64,000 bases of DNA, taken from Octopus sinensis (lineage: Eukaryota). The DNA lies in assembly GCF_006345805.1 (NCBI RefSeq), contig NC_043005.1:27528001-27592000 (forward strand). Direction: 5' to 3'. Below, piece by piece: positions 49,319 through 63,125 of the stretch; within the stretch, counting starts at the first letter, position 1, and every line of letters starts with the position of its first letter. Position numbers and translations under genes: made by a program. The notes under the pieces were generated by a model that searched no databases, was not told the DNA's origin, and worked only from the letters and a program-made list of their open reading frames with translations.

Positions 49319-51924
49319 CATGTTCACATACACATAGAGAGTAACATTACTGCTGACATAATTTCACTGCTGTATTACTTGTATGGGTGAGTTAAGTTTG
49401 TGACATTTTCTTTCCGTCTCGCTATTGTTGTCATTTATATCTACAATGAATGCTTGGGATCTTGAAAGTGAACAATCTATCACCTACTACATGGTGTCTC
49501 TATTGTGTTTGTGGTGTGTGTTGCATGCATAATGCCTGAATTGTCTACTTAATATTTGTGTGTAACATACATACGCACACAACTACACATTAGTGATGTA
49601 CTGGAAGAATGAATACTCAACAAGGGAAAACTGAATGAATTGTTCTTTTTAATATAAAATTTCGTTATGTTTTGGCCTCTGAGGTTTCCTGCTAACAGAG
49701 ATCAGCAATTTTTTTCAAGAATTCAAAATACATCTGACACTCTCATCAACTTTAAGGAGAGGTGAGAGAGAGAGAGACTCTTTTACAATTGGCAGATGTA
49801 AAAGTACAGTTGTAACTCTGGCAGATTGGTAGGAACCAGGACTACAGGTATGATTGACGTATCAAAGTATTTAGAAATAGGGACACCCTTAACTTACTCA
49901 GCACTTAACCCTTTTAGTAGTAGTCATCCAAGATCACCTCCTTCCAATTCTATGATACAAGACTATTCATATCAAATTAAAATCTTTCTTCGTAATTTTA
50001 TGAAAGAACTATTTATATTCCAAATACCAAGAAATGAAAGAAATTTACTCTGTTCTAAATTTTCTGAGAATTTCCAAAATTACTAAAAACATAACATATT
50101 TGGTTAGAAAATTTGTCATAAAAGAGCTCAATAATATTATTGAAATTGTTTATATCTGTCAGCTGAACCTATCCATTGTAGGTATCTTATCCGGTGACAT
50201 AGCCTATTAAACCACTGATCTTTTGCTTAAAAGGTTTCACACACTGACGACTAAACTATCATTCGTAACCCTCTTGAGGCACCCAGGTCAATTGAATGGC
50301 CCAAGTGATATAGGACTTTGAGGCTGATCCATCAGCCCAATGGAACAAATGTTGTGAATGGCTAGTTTTCAAGTGTAATAGCTTATCAGAGATCATCTTT
50401 CAGTAGATGTATCACAATGGAAAAGAAAATTTGGTCTTTTTGGCTACACATGCCAAAGCACTGTGTGTCTCAAAAAGGTTAATGACTGTACCGCCACCCT
50501 TTTGGTTAAATGGATTGACACCCTAATGACTGAAACTTCTAATCCCTTTGGTTAGAAGACCTGACATGCTAATGATGGAACCATCAATATTATGGATAGA
50601 AGATATGGAGGGCGGCGAGCTGGCAGAATTGTTAGCACACCGTGCGAAATGCTTAGCAGTATTTTGTCTTCTGTTACATCCTGAGTTCAAACTCTGCTGA
50701 AGTTGACTTTGCCTTTCATCCTTTCAGGGTTGATTAAATAAGTACCTGTTACGTACTGGGGTCAATGTAATCAACTTAAACCCTTTGTTTAGCCCCCTGT
50801 GGGTAATAAAGAAGTAATAATGGATAGAAGACATAAATCTGTGATGAGTCACTCTCGGAATGGTTGGTGTTAGGAAGGGCATCCGGCTGTAGAAACATTG
50901 CCAGATCAGATTGGAGCCTGGTGCAGGCTTCTGGCTTGCCAGTCCTCAGTCAAACCATCCAACTCATGCCAGCATGGAAAATGGACATTAAACGATGATG
51001 ATGATGAGTAAATCACCTGTGAGTGTCTGTAAAAGATTATTAGAAGTACTAGTATTTCAGTATTACTTAATTATTATACTGTATTAGTTACTGTAGCTCC
51101 TTACCAAAAATGTTTTTTTTAAAAAAGCACTATCGAAACGAGATCGATGCTAGGCCTACCTGACTGGCTCCCGGTATGTGGTTAAGAAACTTACTTTGAA
51201 ATCACATGGTTCTGGGTTCAGTCCTAATGCACAGCATTTTGGGCAAATGTCATCTACTATAGCTCTGAGCCAGCCAATGCCTTATGAATGAATTTTGTAA
51301 ATGAAAACTGTGCTGTTGGTTTGTTCACATCCCTATAACCTACTGGTTCAGGAAAATAAACCAATAGAATAAGTACCAGATTGACAAAAATATGTACCAA
51401 GGTTGGTTTGTTCGACTAAACCCTTCAAGGTGGTGCCCCAGCATGGTCGCAGACCAGTGACTGAAACAAGTAAAAGAATAAAATATGTTCAGCAGATTTT
51501 AGCCCTTGGCATCCATTTCATTTTAGAGAATCATTTTAATTAATCATAACACCCACATATCTATATGTTTGTTAATTATAATTAAATTTTCTAGTCTATT
51601 CTAATCTGCTGAATATAATTTCTTCCTCATTATCTATAATTACACCAGTGATTCATTAAATTATTCATTTGTTTTACTATTTGCTGCGTAGCATCTTTTT
51701 GTTTTTTTCTACATCAGTTTTGCTTGTTCATTGTCGTTAATAGATTAATATTAATTCAATGTTTATTAAATTCCTGACATGACAACTATTTTGTAACATA
51801 CATGTACAATAGGAAGAACACAACCAAGGTGGATGGTGTGGGAGGTGTAGATCTGGTAGACTTATTCATGCTGGTATCTAATGTTTGATGTGTGATCTTC
51901 AGAAAGATTTACTTTTCATGTGTG

Positions 51925-52172
51925 TATGTATGTGTGTGTTTATATGTATATATATATATGTGTGTTTGTATATATGTATATACGCATATATATGTATATA
52001 TATATATGTGTGTGTGTTTGTATATATGTATATACGCATATATATGTATATATATATATGTGTGTGTGTTTGTATATATGTATATACGCATATATATATG
52101 TATATATATGTGTGTGTGTGTTTGTATATATGTATATACACATATATATATATATGCATATATATGTATATA
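51925..52172. repeat. Minisatellite of ~52-54-bp units built from compound microsatellite
   Basis: TGTGTTTGTATATATGTATATACGCATATATATGTATATATATA is repeated about 4.5 times. Confidence 0.85.
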
Positions 52173-52294
52173 CGCAGGAGTGGCTGTGTGGTAAGTAGCT
52201 TACTTAACAACCACATGCCTGCACCTTACACGCATACACACACCTATATACCTACTTAGGCTAATATCTTTCTATCTTATACGACACACTAAAC

Positions 52295-53370
52295 AACAAG
52301 CTTCCCCTAGTATGGTCATTCTGCTGCAGTTCTTCCTAGATTGTCCATCACCAGATGTTCTTAGGTTCGCTATTTTCCATGTCCACATCATTACAAGCTT
52401 TGCCTGTTAAGTGTTTGATAGGTTCAAAATATGAGCCGCCAGGTGAATTCATCACCCTGAGGTCTTGCAGTAGCTGAGATTTGCTTCCGAGTTATATTTC
52501 ATTTGTCATTCAGTCTCAGCAAGTGACTTTGAAGATCTCCTACAAGCATCAGTAGTGGACTGTGTCTAGCATTGTCACCAATTTCACAAGCATTTCCCAT
52601 GTTTTACTGCCATACAGAACTGTTTGTAGAACTATTGCACTTTGTAGCCAGACCTTCACATCAGCACTGCTGTTGTCTGTTGTTGCCCAGATTTGATTCA
52701 CATGCTGGACTACAGCCCAATTTTACTAATTCTGTTTTTGCATCACTTTTTCTGTTTTAATCTCACTAATCAACACACTGTCTGGCTAAAAGAAATAATC
52801 CACATCCTCCACAGCTTGCTATCCATTGAGAGATGGACAGCATTAATCTACAGCAGTGCTACTCTAAGTGGTGGTCTGCAGACCAGTGCTGATCAACGAG
52901 CCATCAGCTGCCAGTACGTGGCGAGTTTCCAGGATAGAAAGAAACATTATAAAATGCTTATGAAATATTGTATTATTTGTTTAGAAAATAAATATTTAAA
53001 AAATTGTCAACTTTTATTATATTCACTATATATATTGTTTCCAGTATAAATAAATATTACTAAGAAATATTACCGGTCTATGGCACATTGGAAGAAAAAA
53101 CTTCCAGAATGCCACATCAGATAGTTTGAGAAGCACTGATCTACAGCACATTAGTCTTTTCACAACTAATTCACAGCCCAGTTTTTCCTGCTTGTTGTAA
53201 TTAGTTCTTGCAGCTTTGCTCTTGTTTCTGGCAACAGGAGAGTGTCAACCGTGAAAGCTATGGCACAGTATCCTAAGGCGCTATTCATCACTTCATCTTC
53301 TGCCTTCTTGGATCTCTATCTCTCTCTTCCACTTCACCTGGATGATTGATGACATGTAGTGCTAGAGACA
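52295..53370 (-). pseudogene. Old RTE LINE fragment interrupted by a hAT MITE
   Basis: Minus frame with stops reads IWATTDNSSADVKVWLQSAIVLQTVLYGSKTWEMLVKL, an RTE LYG-ETW motif. Confidence 0.7.
52854..53138. mobile_element. hAT (Charlie/MER5-like) MITE
   Basis: TIRs CAGTGCTACTCTAA / TTTGAGAAGCACTG (12 of 14 match). Perfect 8-bp TSD ATCTACAG at 52846-52853 and 53139-53146. Confidence 0.85.
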
Positions 53371-53658
53371 GCTCACATCAGGTGTGGTCCCAGCAATTTT
53401 TCTAAGGGAGGGCACAAGGTCAGAAGGGAATACAATTCCAGGAGAAAAGGGCATAATAACATCATTTAGACAGGTGCACTTCTTTTCTCAAAGGGGGCGC
53501 ATGTCCCCCCTCCCACCCTACTTGGGTCCACCCCTGCACATGTACATAGGCAGTGAAAAACATTAAAAGCAGTAAAAATTGGTCTCATTTAAATCTCCAC
53601 TTGTTACTTGTCTTGGCTCTTGATATCTTCTCAACCCTCTATCACTCCTCTCTCTCTT

Positions 53659-53724
<66 letters not shown>

Positions 53725-54223
53725 CCCTTAACCAGGTTCGAAGATTCCCCAAGATGCCCAATGAAGGCTGGAGGGTATATCAACCAAAATGTTGTGTTAA
53801 CAACAAACAAGATGAGGACAAATATCCATCAAATGTAAATAATGTACATAATTCCTCATCTTTTAAATATAGAACAGCATTCTTTATGTCTTACTTAACA
53901 TGGATATATTATAGAAAGCCACAACACTGCAGTATTTGTCTTGAGAAAGCTTCTTGCATCAATACATAAGACTAAAAAGCACAGAATTATGTGTTTATTC
54001 TTTTTCTTTTATTCTTTTGCTAGTTTTAGTCATTTGACCACAGTCATGCTGGAGCTTCGTCTTTAGTCGAGCAAATCGACCCCAGGACTTATTCTTTGTA
54101 AGCCTAGTACTTATCCTACTGGTCTATTTTGCCAAACTGCTAAGTTATGGGGGCGTAAACACACCAGCATCACGGTTGTCAAAAGATTTGTTGGAGACAA
54201 ACACACAATCGCATATACACACA

Positions 54224-54283
<60 letters not shown>

Positions 54284-54422
54284 CATGACATGCTTCTTTC
54301 AGTTTCCGCCTACCAAATCCACTCACAAGGCTTTGTTCGGCCTGAGGCTATAGCAGAAGACACTTGCCCAAGGTGCCATGCAGTGGGACTGAACCCAGGA
54401 CCATGTGGTTGGTAATGCTTAC

Positions 54423-54666
54423 ACACTCATATATATATTTCTTTACTATCCACAAGGGGCTAAACATAGAGGGGACACACAAGGACAGACAAAGGGATTA
54501 AGTCGATTACATCGACCCCAGTGCGAAACTGCTATTTTATTTATCGACCTCGAAAGGATGAAAGGCAAAGTCTACCTCGGCGGAATTTGAACTCAGAACG
54601 TAATGTCAGACGAAATACCGCTAAGCATTTTGCCCGGCGCGCTAACGTTTCTGCCAGCTCGCCGCC
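54423..54666 (-). mobile_element. SINE family B copy (young)
   Basis: Near-consensus reverse copy with CpGs retained. Confidence 0.9.
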
Positions 54667-56299
54667 TTACACACTCATATATACGCACAGATTGCTTGCT
54701 CAGGTTTCTGATTCTCCGTTTAGTTGTACGCATAGCATAGTCACATGATGGTAGTAGCAGTGCTGTTGGCCTTTCTTTCATGTTGCTTGGTTTGTCTTTT
54801 CTTTTCTTTTTTTTTGTCTCACATTGAAAGCCTGAACAGTGGCATGAATGAAAGAACAGACAGACAGAAGAGGGGGAAGAAAAAGAAGACATAGAAATGA
54901 AGAATTGATCAGGCAATCCAAATGCAATCCTTAATTGTGAATCCATTGTTACTGGAGTACATTTTTCAAAAGTATTTAGGTTCATTATTTGGAATTGTGG
55001 CAATATGTCTTCTTAACATAACATTATAAACTTAATTGTTTAATTAATTTAGCTCTTTTCACGCTCAACAACAGACACAATGTTTCACATAATTACTTGA
55101 TTCATCAATTTCTTTCTTCATATTTTTTTTTATTTATTCATTTGTTTAGTTTTCTGCATCAATTATTTCAGCTTCATCTGCAAAAATGTGCATTTGTGCA
55201 TTTGCGTGTTGTATGTGTGTATGTGGCCTGGTGCATGTGTATATATGCATTTGTGATGATAACGTGTATGTGAGTGTGCATGTAGGTGGTGGTGGTGTGT
55301 GTTTGTGTGTTAGTGACATAATTAAGTCATTGTTTGATGTTTCTGCACCTAAGACACTTTTCCTTAGACATTCTTCAGCTTCCTAGAATAATTGTATTTC
55401 TTTGGCCTAAATCAGTGAAACTGCTACTGCTGCTGCTGCTCCTCTTCCTCCTCATCTTCCTCCTCCTACTATTACTACTACTACTACTACAGCATACTAC
55501 TCATAACACCCTTTACTCTCAGTTAAATATAGCCATCTTCTTAGACATGATTTTCAGAGATTTCTCAAAGGTGAAATCCAGATGTTGAGAAGCTCATCTC
55601 ATGAACAAGGATGATCTTTAAACTGACAATGTTCTTTTATAAATACCATTTCCTTAGAGTGAATATATGAAATCTACCTCTATATGAATTACAATACCTA
55701 CAATACTTTTTCAATAAGATATTCCCATGAAGTTGGCTCTGGCACCTCACAAAAAGCAAAGTCCACTTAGTTAAGTGGTTGGCATTAGGAATGACATCCA
55801 ACTGTAAAAAAAAAAAAAACCTGCCAAACAGACAGTGGAGCTTCACACAGTCCTCTAGTTTCCCAGCTCCTGTCAAGCTGTCCAGCCTATGTCCACATGG
55901 AAAATTGTTGTTGTTTATGATGATGATGATAAGTAAATCTACTTTGTCAGGAATTGAACTTGTATCAGGAATTGAACTGAGTGTCTGAGAGTCTTATTAC
56001 AACAGTGAGAATGATGGTGAGATCACATAAAACAGTCTTATTGTCGCTGTTTTACTTTTTATTAACAGTTAATGCGACAATATTTACCCTTATTAAGTCC
56101 TTTCCGACCTGCTTCCATAGCATCTCTCTCATTATTTTCCTCCCTCCAGACTTCCGTCTGTTGGAACACTTTATTGCCTCTGATGAGTTTTCCTTCAATA
56201 ATTCTGACTGAGTTTACAACTAGTCTAAAATTACAGTTGCACATATGGTCAATTAAGACGAGGAACTAATATGACAGTGCAGTGTGTGTATGTGTGTAT

Positions 56300-56335
<36 letters not shown>

Positions 56336-56383
56336 ATGGTATATTTGCAACCAAATACGCACATGAACTATGATATATATATA

Positions 56384-56425
<42 letters not shown>

Positions 56426-56427
<2 letters not shown>

Positions 56428-56822
56428 CGCAGGAGTGGCTGTGTGGTAAGTAGCTTGCTTACCAACCACATGGCTCCGAGTTCAGGCCCACTGCGTTGCA
56501 TCTTGGGCAAGTGTCTTCTACTATAGCCTTGTGAGTGGATTTGGTAGATGGAAACTGAAAGAAGCCCGTCATATATATGTATATATATATATATGTGTGT
56601 GTATGTTTGTGTGTCTGTCTTTGTCCCCCTAGCACTGCTTGACAACCGATGCTGGTGTGTTTACGTCGCTGTCACTTAGCGGTTCGGCAAAAGAGACTGA
56701 TAGAATAAGTACTGGGCTTACAAAGTATAAGACCTGGGGTCGATTTGCTCGACTAAAGCCGGTGCTCCAGCATGGCCGCAGTCAAATGACTGAAACAAAT
56801 TAAAAAGTAAAAGAATAAAAGA
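56426..56822 (+). mobile_element. SINE family A copy
   Basis: Runs from GGCGCAGGAGTGGCTGTG to AAGTAAAAGAATAAAAGAG. Confidence 0.9.
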
Positions 56823-56831
56823 GATATATTG

Positions 56832-57208
56832 TGAAAGCACAATGGCACAGTGGTTAGGGTAGTGGACTCACGGTTTTACGATCGCAACTTTGATTCCCAC
56901 ATTGGCCATTGTGAGTGTTTTTTGATCCAAAACAACTAAAGCTTCATGAGGCACCGGCAGAGGGTGGTGGCGAATCCTGCTGCACTCCTCCCCAATTTTC
57001 TCACTCTTTCTTCCTGTTTCTGTTGTACCTGTCTTTCAAAGGGGCCAGCCTTGTCACACTCTGTGTCACACTGAATCTCCTCCGAGAACTATGCTAAGGG
57101 TACACGTGTCTGTGGAGTGCTCAGCCACTTGCACGTTAATTTCACGAACAGGCTGTTCCCTTGATCAGATCAACTGGAACCCTCGTTGTCATAACTGACG
57201 GAGTGCCA

Positions 57209-57209
<1 letters not shown>
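56832..57209 (+). mobile_element. SINE family D copy
   Basis: Matches 48267-48618, including GGGTACACGTGTCTGTGGAGTGCTCAGCCACTTGCACGTTAATTTCACG. Confidence 0.85.
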
Positions 57210-57241
<32 letters not shown>

Positions 57242-57286
57242 TAGATATATATATATATATATATATAGATAGATATATATAGGTAG

Positions 57287-57319
<33 letters not shown>

Positions 57320-57608
57320 ATATATATAGATAGATATATATAGATAGATATATATAGATAGATATATATAGGTAGATATATATATATAGATAGATATATA
57401 TATAGATAGAGAGATATATATAGATAGATATAGAGATATATATATAGATATATATATATATATATATATATAATGTGCACACACACACACATACACACAG
57501 CAGACGTGGCTGTGAGGTAAGAAGTTTGCTTCCTAACTACATGATTTCAGGTTCATATATACTATACTTGTTCCACATCCTCGCGTTGTTGTGTTTTCAT
57601 GTTTGGAT

Positions 57609-57713
<105 letters not shown>

Positions 57714-59680
57714 ATGTATACATATATATATATACATATATATATATGTATGTATATATATATTTATACACACACAGACACACACACACACACATGATAA
57801 TTTGGTGGTCCCAGGGAGAAGAGAGGAGAGGGTGTTATGAACACTGTAACATGCAGGTGTGTAGAACAATAATAACGGAGGAAGAATGGCTGACAAGTGA
57901 GGTGGTTCTGGATAACAAGAAAGAAAAGTGGTAGCAAGGAGAAAGAGGTGCAGTGTGAGGAGGGGCATTGATTGAGGTGCTCATCTATGCATATATAATT
58001 TATATAGACACACACGCACACACACACACACGTGTGTGTGTGTGTAATAACTGACAGACATCTGAAACACAACAATGACTATATATATTTACTGAACAGC
58101 TGCTGTGTATCTTTTTTTATTCTGTACATTAAATGTGAAACTAATGAAATTAACTCTGAAATTTGATGTCAATCAAAAATATTGATTTAAGATGATTTAA
58201 TTACATTCATAGTATTTGTTTTAGTACTTTAAAAAACACCCCCATGTTGGGTAAGTTCATTTGAATGTTATCCATCTGTTTTCTCATGCTAACATTGATT
58301 TGACAAATGCATATTATAGAGTTATTGTTTCACCACTGGACACTTTTCCTGTAGCTAACCCTTTTTTTTTTTTTGAGAAAAGGATTTTTTAAAAAAATTT
58401 CTCTCCTGGAAAACAATGCTAGAAGACAGCTTGTTGGCAAGGGATATCAAGAAATGTCACATCACTAATTTGAACTCAATATCTTCTTGCTAAGATGCAG
58501 AAGGTAAACATTCACATAAGGATACACATGCTCACACACACGTATACATATGTATATGTCTCTATATGTGTGTGCATATGTATATATATTATATATACAC
58601 ACACACATATGCACACAATTGGCTTCTGTGCAATTTCTGTTTGCCAATTCTATCAACCAAAACTCATTTATAGGGGCCACTTTAGGTCCTTAATCTTGCG
58701 AGTTGCAAGATGATCTTCCTAGGACTAGTATCATGAAAAAGTGTGCAGCACTCTTTATAAAGTGGTTTGCATTAGGAAGGGCATCCAGCCCTTAAAACCA
58801 TGCCAAAGAAGATATTGGAACTTAATGCAGTTCTCCACCATGTCAGATCCTATCAAACCATCCAACTCATGCCAACATGGATGACAGATGTTAAATGTTT
58901 ATACATATTACCTACATAAATAAATACATACATACATATATACATGTACCGCTCTCTCTCTCTCTCTAACTGGGTAACCATGTACCTCTATGGCAACACA
59001 CCTATTTCTGCCTCTCTATTTCTCTGTTACACTCTAACCTTTCATCATTTGATACTGGATCACCTCCTCTAATGCCCCCTCTGCTGTGGCAAGACACCTG
59101 CTTCTGTCTGTCTGTCTCTTTGTCACACTCTAACTTTCATCCTCTGACACAAATGCCCTGCCCCTCTCATAATTCCTAGTCTTGTGAGTTACTTGGTTAC
59201 CCTGCCAGTGCTGGTTCCACGTTAAAAGTATCCAGTAACATGGTTGGTGTCTGGAAGGGCATCCAGCTGTAAAAATCTTGCCAAAGCTAACCTCGCCTGT
59301 GCTAGTATCATGCAAAAAGCACTGGGTCCATTCTGCAGACTGTTTGATGTTTGGAAAGGCATCCAAAACAAATACAAGAGCCTTGGGTAGATTTACTACT
59401 TTGCCAGCTCCTACCCATGTATACATGGGAGATGGACGTTAAATGATGATGATGATGATGATATGCTCGAGATATGAGACTAGAAAAACAGCCAACAACT
59501 GATGAAGGGTCGTTCTTTATGTTGTTTGTCTTGTTTTCCATTTGTTCAAAAGAATAGTTCATGTTCCAGGTACTCGTACTTCGTATTTTTTTATTTTACA
59601 CATTTCATGACGTCCTGTGCCCACATATGCATATATATACGTATAGATGTAAGTATGTACATATACGTATGTATATATGC

Positions 59681-59714
<34 letters not shown>

Positions 59715-59744
<30 letters not shown>

Positions 59745-59746
59745 TG

Positions 59747-59780
<34 letters not shown>

Positions 59781-59875
59781 TGTATGTATGTATATATGTA
59801 TGTATGTATATGTATGTATATATGTATGTATATATGTATGTATATATATATGTATATATGTATGTATATATATAT
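59715..59875. repeat. (TATG)n compound microsatellite
   Basis: Direct inspection. Confidence 0.95.
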
Positions 59876-62642
59876 TGAAATATTAGTGCTAAGCAGTGTT
59901 TAGGCATAAGCAAAATATAGATTAGTTGAAATATGTTTTGTGAAGTATTTCAACTGCTAAAAGCCAAATACACTGCAGTTACCATGGATAATATATCTCT
60001 CTTATAGGGTGTTTTCACACCTTTTTACCATAAGAATGATATATTTTCAACAGTAACTGCAGTACATTATTTATATTTACCGGATATTTGTCCTCATCTT
60101 CTTTGTTGTTAAAACAATGTTTCGGCTGATATACCCTCCAGCCTTCATCAGGTGTCTTGGGGAAATTTCGAACCTGGGTTCTCATTCCTAAGGTATTTTT
60201 CGATATCATCATCATCATCGTTTACATTATTTACATTTGATGGATAGTTGTCCTCATCTTGTTTATTGTTGACTCAAAGTTTCAGCGGATATACCCTCCA
60301 GCCTTCATCAGTTGTCTTGGGCCAAATTTTGAACCTGGGTTTTCATTCCTAAGGTATTTTTCAATGTTGTTGTTGGTGGTGGTATCGTCATCGTCGTCGC
60401 CGTCATCATTGTTGTTGACTATCTGGAATTGAACTCAGAATCTTGGTGTTAGTAGCCTGTGCTCTTAACCACTACGTAATAATAACATAGAATGAGAACC
60501 CAGGTTCGAAATTTCCCCAAGACACCTGATGAAGGCTGGAGGGTATATCAGCCAAAATGTTGCGTTAACAACAAACAAGATGAGGACAAATATTTGTTAA
60601 ATGTAAATAATATACATAATTCCTCATCTCTTAAATATAGAACTGTAGTAACTGCAATGTATTTGTCTTTTAGCTGTCGAAATATGTCAGAAACATATTT
60701 CAACTAACCCAAATTTTGCTTATACCTAAACACTACTTAGCACTGACTTTTCAAAATATACACACACTCACACACACATTACATACAGATAAAGGATTAT
60801 TGTTTGAATACTGATTTTGCATACTACAAACAAGAGAATTCAGTACTGTATGTCAAGGGGATACATCACCTTACTTGAAAATAGATGAAGGTTTGTGACA
60901 GTTAGGACATCCAGCTGTAGAAAATGTGCCTCAATAAACAATGTCTGACCCATGCAAACATGGAAAACTTGACATTAAAACAGTGACCATAATGATGATT
61001 CATACACACACAAATACTTTTATATACATGCGTGTGTGTGTGTGTGTATTTGTGTATCGCTGATGTATAATCTTTTCTACTCTTGGCACAAGGCCCAAAA
61101 CTTTTGGGGAGGGGGGCAGTCGATTAGACCAACCCTAGTACACAACTGGTACTTAATTTATTAACCCCGAAAGAATGAAAAGCAAAATCAACCTCAGCAG
61201 AATTTGAACTCAGAAACTAACAGCAGATAAAATACCTATTTCTTTACTACCCACAAGGGGCTAAACATAGAGAGGAAAAACAAGGACAGACATTATATCG
61301 ACCCCAGTGCGTAACTGGTACTTATTTAATTGACCTCGAAAGGATGAAAAGCAAAGTCTACCTCGGTGGAATTTGAACTCAGAACGTAATAGCAGACGAA
61401 ATATGGCTACGCATTTCGCCCAGCGTGCTAACGTTTCTGCCAGCTTTTTGCTGATGTATAATGGAAAAATATGTAAGAATCGATAAGAAACCACAAAATG
61501 TTTTTTCTTTCAAAGTTTCTTGTGACATTTGTTCTGCACCAAGTTACAGTCACTCTCTTGTCACTGTCGCCATCAGAAAATAAGTAACCTATCTATAACC
61601 AGTAACTCTGCTGTTTGTCAGTTACTGTATAATGTCAAAATATGATAGATGCATGCGTGTATATGCTAATGTATACAAAGCTCCCTTAATTAATTAATAT
61701 TGTAAAAGTCATCAAATTAATGCCAAATTTAGAAACAAATTAATGAAAGAAAATGTTGGGCCACAAGAAATTCCAAGATGGAAAAAAGATTTTAGAAAAT
61801 AGTTTCCAAGCAACTGCTTGATCTAAATAGCTATTTTACACTCCACTTGGCACTTCTTTGAGAACTACACTCCACTTGGCACTTCTTTGAGAACGGGGGG
61901 GAAGGGAGGGGTTAGGGTGCACTTTCTCTTTCCCCAACTGTGCTGTGCTTATGTTAAACCAAACAACCCAGAACCACCGACCCTGTGGGAGAGAACATCT
62001 TTCATTATCACACCATATGATAACTCTTGTTATTCTCTTTCACTCCAGATACACTCCTCCCCCCTCTCTTTCTCTCTTTTTTTCTCATCTTCTTCTGGAA
62101 TTCTGCTGAGTATATTGTTTTTACCATTTCCCAACATCCAGTCTATTCTTTTTTAAACTCTCAGGATTGGATTTTTTGCCTCTCTCCCCCCATCCCATCA
62201 AATTTTTAGGGTTTCCAGCCCCAACTTGCAGATACATTATTTCTATTTGGGTTAAAAGGAATATTTTGCTTTTGTTTGATTGTGTATGTGTGTGTGTGTG
62301 TGTGTGCATTCATATATGTCTATGTGCATTTATAAATATATGTGTGTGTGTGACTACATAGACGTGTGAGTATATATGCTTGCATGTGTGTGTCTGTGTT
62401 TATGCAAATGTACATACATACCTCTATGTGCGTTTGTGTGTGTGTGTGTAAACAGTCATGGCTGTGTGTTTAAGAAGTTCACTTCCCAACCACATGGTTT
62501 TGAGTTCAATCCCACTGCATGGCACCTTGGGCAAGGGTCTTCTACACTAGCTCAAGACACACAAATGCCTTGTGATCAGATTTGACATACAGAAACTAAA
62601 ATACAGGTGGATGAGCATGTGTTTGTATGTGTCTCCTTGTTT

Positions 62643-63125
62643 TCACATCATCATCATCATCACCATCATTTTAAATCCAGGTTTTGTCCCCGTTGCAGGG
62701 GTGGCTGTATCTACCTCAATGCCATAGCAACTGCCCTCACACCGTCTCGCCATCTTGCTCGGTTTTGGGTGTCCTCCCTTCTCAAGCCCAACCCTTCCAA
62801 TCTCCTCCACCTGTCCCCTCCACATTTTCGTCAGTCTACCTTGCTTCCGCTGTCCATTTACCTCAAACTCTAGCACCCTCCTCAGAACATGCTCTTTGTC
62901 CCTCCTCAACACATGCCCATACCACCGCACTCCATTCTCCCTTGCCAGCCATTCCACTAATTCCTCCAACCCCAGCATCCCCATCAAGTCCTCAGTCCTC
63001 CTTTTATCAAACAGCCTCACGCCACACTTTTCTCTCACCATTTCTCTCTCGGTCCTTCTCAAAATTGCCATTTCTCTCTCCCTCAAACACCATGTCTCAC
63101 TCCCATACAGCATTGTAGCTCTCAC
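62643..63125 (-). pseudogene. RTE LINE ORF C-terminal fragment, 5'-truncated, (GAT)n tail
   Basis: The 160-aa frame contains MLYGSETW...RTEREMVR..CGVRLFDKR...VRWYGHVLRR...GQRKQGR, typical of the RTE post-RT region, and runs into the GAT tail. Confidence 0.9.

Noticed and set aside
55980-56250. Possible plus-strand exon after TTTTATTAACAG
   Set aside because: The minus strand looks more like a decayed LINE RT fragment, and neither reading is strong enough to call.
59490-59540. AACAA-CUGAUGA-AGGG..CUUU...GUC-UUGUU
   Set aside because: Stem I, stem II and GUC are present but the essential GAAA is absent, so it cannot be called a ribozyme.
61837-61894. 29-bp tandem duplication (also a 22-bp one near 47712-47755)
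   Set aside because: Ordinary slippage duplications with no further structure.
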